From assembly GCA_964016885.1 (NCBI GenBank), contig OZ024742.1, positions 330,584,001-330,648,000 on the forward strand: a stretch of 64,000 bases of DNA, in the 5' to 3' direction. Both the position numbers and the translations under genes were made by a program. Positions 57,704 through 64,000 of this stretch are shown piece by piece. The stretch is from Eledone cirrhosa. Lineage: Eukaryota. The notes under the pieces were generated by a model. The model saw only the letters and a list, made by a program, of their open reading frames with translations, did not search any database and had not been told where the DNA came from. The first letter of the stretch is position 1. Every line of letters begins with the position of its first letter.

Positions 57704-59627
57704 TATATACATATATGTACGTGTATGCGCATGTGTGTGTGTAGGTGTGTGCATGCGCTTGTATTATGCACTTTTATATTGTAAAAGAAAAATATGTTGC
57801 TTGTTCATTTGTAAATATGGCAAACTTTAACATTTCGGATACTAGAACTAGTGAAAGAATGCAAGCAAATATATACAAGTTATATATTCACACACATACG
57901 CATACATACACAGACGTATACACACTGCACAGACACAACAAACACGTATGCATACATGAATGACTCCCTACCGATAAAAATAAATATATATTAGAAACAG
58001 TAGGATACATTAAAATATTAAATGAAGACCCAGCCACATTTTCAAATGTTATGTTAAGGATCACGAAACAGTATTTAAATTTAAAGGGAATAAATTTATT
58101 TAAGTAAACATTATTGAAACGTTCTCTTTTCCATTTACGAACGCCTCACACAGAACTTAATCAAATATTAGTCAGAGAAATACTGACAGATTTGAAGTAA
58201 TAACTTGTGAGTTTGTTTGAATATATTGGCTCCATTATATTTCTGGGTTTTTTTTTACCCTTTTGGTAAAATATTTCTAATGAAATACATGTCCTCAACT
58301 TTTCAATTCATTTTAGAAATGCTCCAGAATTCAAAATAATAACCTCTATTGTTTATGAAATTGTGTGAAATTGTTTATTAACAGGTGTGCGCAATTGTTT
58401 ATTAACAGGTGTGTGCATTGTGAATAATTCTTTCATTCATATATGAACAACTTAATTCTAGAATTATTTTATCATAATCTATGTGTGTCTTATGCAGTGT
58501 TCCCTCCTCTATAGAGTTGCATATATTACTGAACAATGGTTTTAATATCTTCTGGTATTACTTTATGTTTTTTTTGTCTGGACATATATATGATTTCTAT
58601 AATACAACACAAATCTTAAGCTTTCTCTAGACTTTAAAGTAATTCCACAACATAATTTAGAGTAGAAATTAATTTGGGTGGGAGAATATATTGCATACAT
58701 CTATTATTAATGACATACATATCAGTAATGTTCTGTGATCTGTTTCAATAAAAATCATTTATGTATACTTTACAAATAATTACTAAAATGTTCAATAGGA
58801 GGTAAAATATCTAAAATTTTGAAGAGGGTTAACTATTTTAATTTCTCAATCGTTGAAGAGAAAATACAAATTTTGCCACTCAGGGATTTGAACATATAAT
58901 TTATGGGGTACTAACGTAATTGAGTGAAAGATTGTAGGAGGGAACGTAGTATAATTGTGGTCTTGTAGTGAGTTAACAACTCGTTCCCTCAGCAGTATAC
59001 ACAATCTTATATACATGTTGGGCAGTTGGAGAATAACTTCTAAATATCGTTTCATCAGTTTTAGTGGTCACTGCTTTACTTACTACGTAATTAAAAATAA
59101 GTCTTTTAATAATGAAAATGTGTGCAAACCCGTAGAATATGAAATCAGCGCACTGATAGCATTAGAATTATATCTCGATAAAACTGTTTTGGAAGAATGT
59201 CTGTCTCTGTAAGTTAACAATTTCTCACTCATAAATTTAGAGAGTGAAATCCATAACATATGCTGCTATACCACAGCTTTATATAGATCAATTGATACAG
59301 GGATCCTATCATCGAACGTGGTGTCACTTAACGGACGCTTTACTCTACATACAAACGCCAGCGTATATGTGTATTGATTTAAATGAAAAAGTCATGATTA
59401 ATTCCTGAACTACGAAATCAATACAACGGTATTTCATACATACACGCGCAGCAATGAATACTCGAACTACTTTGCCGACCACAATAAAAGTAGGAGGAAT
59501 ATAAACACTTGTCTCGAATGAATAAACCTATACCCAACCAGGCACATCGAAATTAATATTATAGTGATCATAACCTATACACATACAGACAGACCCCCAC
59601 ACACACATGTATATATACATATATATA

Positions 59628-59753
<126 letters not shown>

Positions 59754-59807
59754 CTCTGATACCATCAACACTATAAACACAGAGCTGGCATATCTAAGAA
59801 CTGACTA

Positions 59808-59863
59808 ACTGCCTGATGAGGTCATAGCCATTCAATGGCTATCATCGAAATATATATAGCAGT
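59808..59863 (+). ncRNA. Type-I hammerhead ribozyme, family I, in 157-bp solo cassette 59752-59908 between (TA)n tracts
   Basis: ACTGC-CTGATGA-GGT c ATAGCCAT tca ATGGCTAT c ATC-GAAA-TATATA-TA-GCAGT. Confidence 0.88.
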
Positions 59864-59904
59864 AAATAAAGGATTATGAGTTCATGCAATTGATTTATGT
59901 TTCG

Positions 59905-59974
<70 letters not shown>

Positions 59975-60427
59975 ATTTTATTTCAAAACGTTACGATTAT
60001 TGCTAAATACTTGTACTAATCTTACTTCTATAGTTTACGAAATCGAGGTTTCTTGTATGTCTTACATGAGGCATCACATTCCTCGTACAGAAAAATAACC
60101 TAGGTACGCAAAACCTATATAACATGTTTATAAAGGAACTATTTACTATTGGAGAAGGTTTAATGTTTCAAGAGTTATTTGAAATATTCCTATACATCGG
60201 TTTCCTATAATCATATTACACGACTGTGGGATTTTGTACATCTGTGTAGGCGGATGTAATTTTCAAAGAGTATCGTGCCTATGCCGTTGGGGTGGGATGA
60301 GTAATTTAATTTACGTATATATAGTGTAATAATATACATGTTCTTGGTGTTTTTAGAATGTATATAACTGGTTTTCGTTTAAAATCTAGCTGACACAAGC
60401 ATATGACAAGCATATGTATATATATAT

Positions 60428-60507
<80 letters not shown>

Positions 60508-60614
60508 ATACTTTGGCAGGGTCATGTTGCCAATAAGTAACACACGCACCAGTTTCTTTCACTTCAATTTATTATAATATACGTATATATAGATCCATAA
60601 ACTAACTTTAGAAA

Positions 60615-60679
<65 letters not shown>

Positions 60680-60803
60680 GTATAGTGGTAGCTATAGCTC
60701 CGTAGGCGGGATGCCAAAATTAGCACTCGATATTCATCAGAATAGATTGTATATATTATCAAAAAAACGAAAAATCAGTGATGCATCTGGACTTAGTTTA
60801 TTT

Positions 60804-60894
60804 CGTGTTACAAATGTTTCGCCGGCATGTAGCTCGAGTCATGTTCCTTGTATGGATCTGGCTGATTCTACTTCTGCGGGTTCTTTCAGACACG
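60804..60894 (-). ncRNA. Hammerhead-like motif, family J (CTGAAAGA core, long stem II)
   Basis: The minus strand reads CGTGT-CTGAAAGA-...-GAAA-CATTTG-TA-ACACG. Confidence 0.62.
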
Positions 60895-61436
60895 TCTGTT
60901 ATATCCGGAGCAAATTTTATCACTGCGGTGTTGTCATCAAAACAACCCTCATGATACAGAACAGTCGGAACCCAATTGATAAAGAACAGTCAGAAGGCTC
61001 GTGGCGGCATGTATCAACAGGTTTGTGTGACTGGGCACATGGGAGAGGGGGAGAGAGGGTATGTGAGTATATATACTGCGATGTATGTATGTCGCGGTGT
61101 GGGTGTCTGAGCATGTAGACCTACGAGTGTGAATGCATAGATAGGTGTATGTCTGAGTATATATATGTGTGTGTTACTATGTGTTTATTCTAGTATGTGT
61201 GTGTACTTACTCTGAAGTGTGAGCAGACGTGTGAAGTACTGAACCCAGCATGACTCCATTGAAATATGTCGAATGGAAAATAGTTGATGAACCATGTGGC
61301 AGCAGATACTGACCAGAACTTGTGATGACGTGGAGTAAAAACAGCCAATGGCATGACAAGAGTGGAAATAATGTTTTTTGAGGGGTTTTTTTCATGACAA
61401 CACCCCAGTGATAAAATTTGCTCCGGACATAACAGA

Positions 61437-61527
61437 CGTGTCTGAAAGAACCCGCAAAAGTAGAATCAGCCAGATCCATACAAGGACCATGACTCGAGCT
61501 ACATGCCGACGAAACATTTGTAACACG
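61437..61527 (+). ncRNA. Hammerhead-like motif, family J
   Basis: CGTGT-CTGAAAGA-acccGCA..GTAG..CTAC a TGC cgac-GAAA-CATTTG-TA-ACACG. Confidence 0.62.
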
Positions 61528-61641
61528 ATGCATCACTGATTTTTCGTTTTCTTGATAATATATATATATATATACTTATATGTATATATATATGTATGTA
61601 TATATATATGTATGCGTGTGTGTGTGTATATATATATATAC

Positions 61642-61705
<64 letters not shown>

Positions 61706-62024
61706 CCCCCCACACACACACATATATATATATAATTTAATATACGTAATTTAATATACGTATATATTGTGTAATAATATACATGTTATTGTTGTAATAA
61801 AGTATTTAACAAGTTTTCGTTTAATATCTAGCTGACACTAACATATGACAAGCATATATATATATATATAAATACATTTTGAGTATACGTTGGTTGTATA
61901 CCAACACCTTAGTATGCAGATTGGAGCACTCGACGAAGTGCGCAGGTTAGTTTGGTTTTTCCGGAGTAATGTAAAATAAAATAAAATAAATACGTTAAAT
62001 GTTTAAAATTTGACTTCGTTAATT

Positions 62025-62079
62025 AATGCTATATATATTTCGGTGACGGCCATCTTTGGCGGTGACCTCTTCAGGCAGT
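62025..62079 (-). ncRNA. Type-I hammerhead ribozyme related to family I
   Basis: The minus strand reads acTGC-CTGAAGA-GGT cac cGCCA aaga TGGC cgt c ACC-GAAA-TATATA-TA-GCAtt. Confidence 0.78.
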
Positions 62080-62482
62080 CCGAATTAGTGTGGTAGAGAC
62101 GTGCACACATGTTTTTGAGGTGTATAACTTTCTCAATACTCTGATATGTCCAGTTCCTGGTTGGGTTGTTATTTCACTGAAGAACTGGAATCTTATTAAT
62201 TCAAACAAACGAATTTCAGGGTCAAAGGGCCTCTTCTCGTCTCATTGGTCAGTTGTTAGAACATTCCTCAGTGAAAATTCTATAGAAATTCGTTCTGAGG
62301 CAAGCCAATCTGTAGTTGTTGTTCTTGTTATTGTTAGGTACATCTGACCTCTATTCTTGTGTTGGTAGTTGTGTTATTGTTGGAGTCAGCTAAAAAAAAG
62401 AGATAAAGTGGTAGAAGGAATAAGATGGTAAAGGAACAAAATAAAATAAAATAATCGAATATAATGTGTGTGTGTTATAGCC

Positions 62483-64000
62483 ATCTCAATGTTATAAAGA
62501 TTTGTAAGGTCAAACTTCCTATTGGTCAGTTTTGAGAGCATTCCTCAATCCAAAGTCTATAGAATTTCTTTCTGGGGTGAGGCTCCTTGTAGTGTTTGTG
62601 TTTGTTATTGTTAAGTACGTCTGACTTCTACCCTTATTTTGGTAGTGCTGTTGGGTTTGTGGTCAGCTTATATCTTGCTGCTGCTGACAATTTAGAAGTA
62701 TCTGTGTGTGTATTTCTTCATCCCTCCTGCCACAATCTCCCCTGGTGGTGGTGGTGGTGGTGCGTGTGCGTGGGGGTGGGGGATGGGGGGGGATGAAGGG
62801 GGGGGGGGGTTCTGCCATCTATATGAAGAAATAGAAGGCAATAAAATGAAGTAAGCAGAAAATAAATAATAAATAGAGAATAAATGAAAAATTAATGAAA
62901 AGGTAATGAAAAAGTAAGGAAAAATGAATATGGAAAATGAAAAATGAAAATGAAAAGTGAAAAATAAAATGAAGATTCAAATAAAATAAGATAAAATGTG
63001 TGTGGGCTATAACCATTCTCAAGGTCAGAAATATGTTGGATAGATTGGTAGGAGGGACAATATGGTAAAAGAATAAAACGAAATAGGATAATCGAATAAA
63101 ATGTGTGTGTGTTATAACCAATCTCAACTTAAATATAAATATAAGGTGATAAAGTGAAGAAAAACAGAAAACAAATAACAAATGAATAATGAGAAATCAA
63201 AATTGAAAAATCAAATATCAAGTAAATTAAAATGTGTGTGTGTTATAAAGATGTTGGGCCTTTATAATTTGGCCAACATCTTTATAACACACACACATTT
63301 TAATTGACTTGATTTTTGATTTTTCAATTTTAATTTCTCAAATTCATTTGTTATTTGTTTTCTGTTTTCTTCACTTTATCACCTTATATTTATATTTAAG
63401 TTGTGATTGGTTATAACACACACACATTTTATTTGATTATCCTATTTCCTTTTATAATTTTACTATCTTACCAATCTATTCAACATATTTCTGACCTTGA
63501 GATTGGTTATAGCACACAAACATTTTATCTTATTTTATTTTAATCTTCATTTCATTTTTCACTTTTCATTTTCATTTTTCATTTTCCATATTCATTTTTC
63601 ATTACCTTTTCATTACCTTTTCATTAATTTTTCATTTATTCTCTATTTATTATTATTTTCTGTTTACTTCATTTTATTGCCTTCTGTTTCTTCATATAGA
63701 TGGCATAATACCCCACACAAACACACCACCACCACCACCACGGGAGATGGTGGCAGGAGGGATGAAGAAACACACACACAGATACTTCTAAATTGTCAGC
63801 AGCAGCAAGACATAAGCTGACCACAACCCCAACAACACTACCAAAATAAGGGTAGTGGTCAGACGTACTTAACAATAGCAAACACAAACACTACAGGGAT
63901 CCTCACCCCAGAAAGAAATTCTATAGACTTTGGATTGAGGAATGCTCTCAAAACTGACCAATAGGAAGTTTGACCTTAAACATCTTTATAACATTGAGAT
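62483..64000. repeat. Large imperfect inverted repeat (arms 62483-63260 and 63271-64000+), running off the window
   Basis: Centre gatgttgggcc-tttataattt-ggccaacatc. The window end ataacattgagat mirrors atctcaatgttat at 62483. Confidence 0.9.

Larger units (their letters stand above)
60756..61560. mobile_element. Non-coding element with ~190-bp inverted terminal repeats, each with a family-J hammerhead
   Basis: 60756-60953 is the reverse complement of about 61380-61560. Confidence 0.75.

Overview
This is AT-rich, microsatellite-saturated eukaryotic DNA, most likely intronic or intergenic. The tRNA-derived SINE and the repeat spectrum suggest a cephalopod (Octopus-like), which is an inference. 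No host protein-coding gene could be supported; most short ORFs in the track are (TA)n/(CA)n/(CT)n artefacts. The window is a nest of retroelements: (i) three R4/Dong-like restriction-endonuclease non-LTR copies stacked in one (TAA)n tract; (ii) at least six Penelope-like element (PLE) copies with RT and/or GIY-YIG, including a near full-length copy with 302-bp direct terminal repeats and an apparent ORF1 / -1 slippery site / RT-EN layout; (iii) RTE-type LINE fragments and SINEs. The main signal is about 25 type-I hammerhead ribozyme (HHR) motifs from about 10 sequence families, read by eye. They lie in PLE termini and in small non-coding, often fold-back elements inserted in (TA)n. Several have non-canonical cores (compensatory U3-A8, A4, single-nucleotide insertions, long stem II). 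One occurs as a 208-bp tandem retrozyme-like repeat, one as a perfect 348-bp double-ribozyme palindrome, and several only as half-ribozyme hairpins. All folds are manual and none has been tested for activity.
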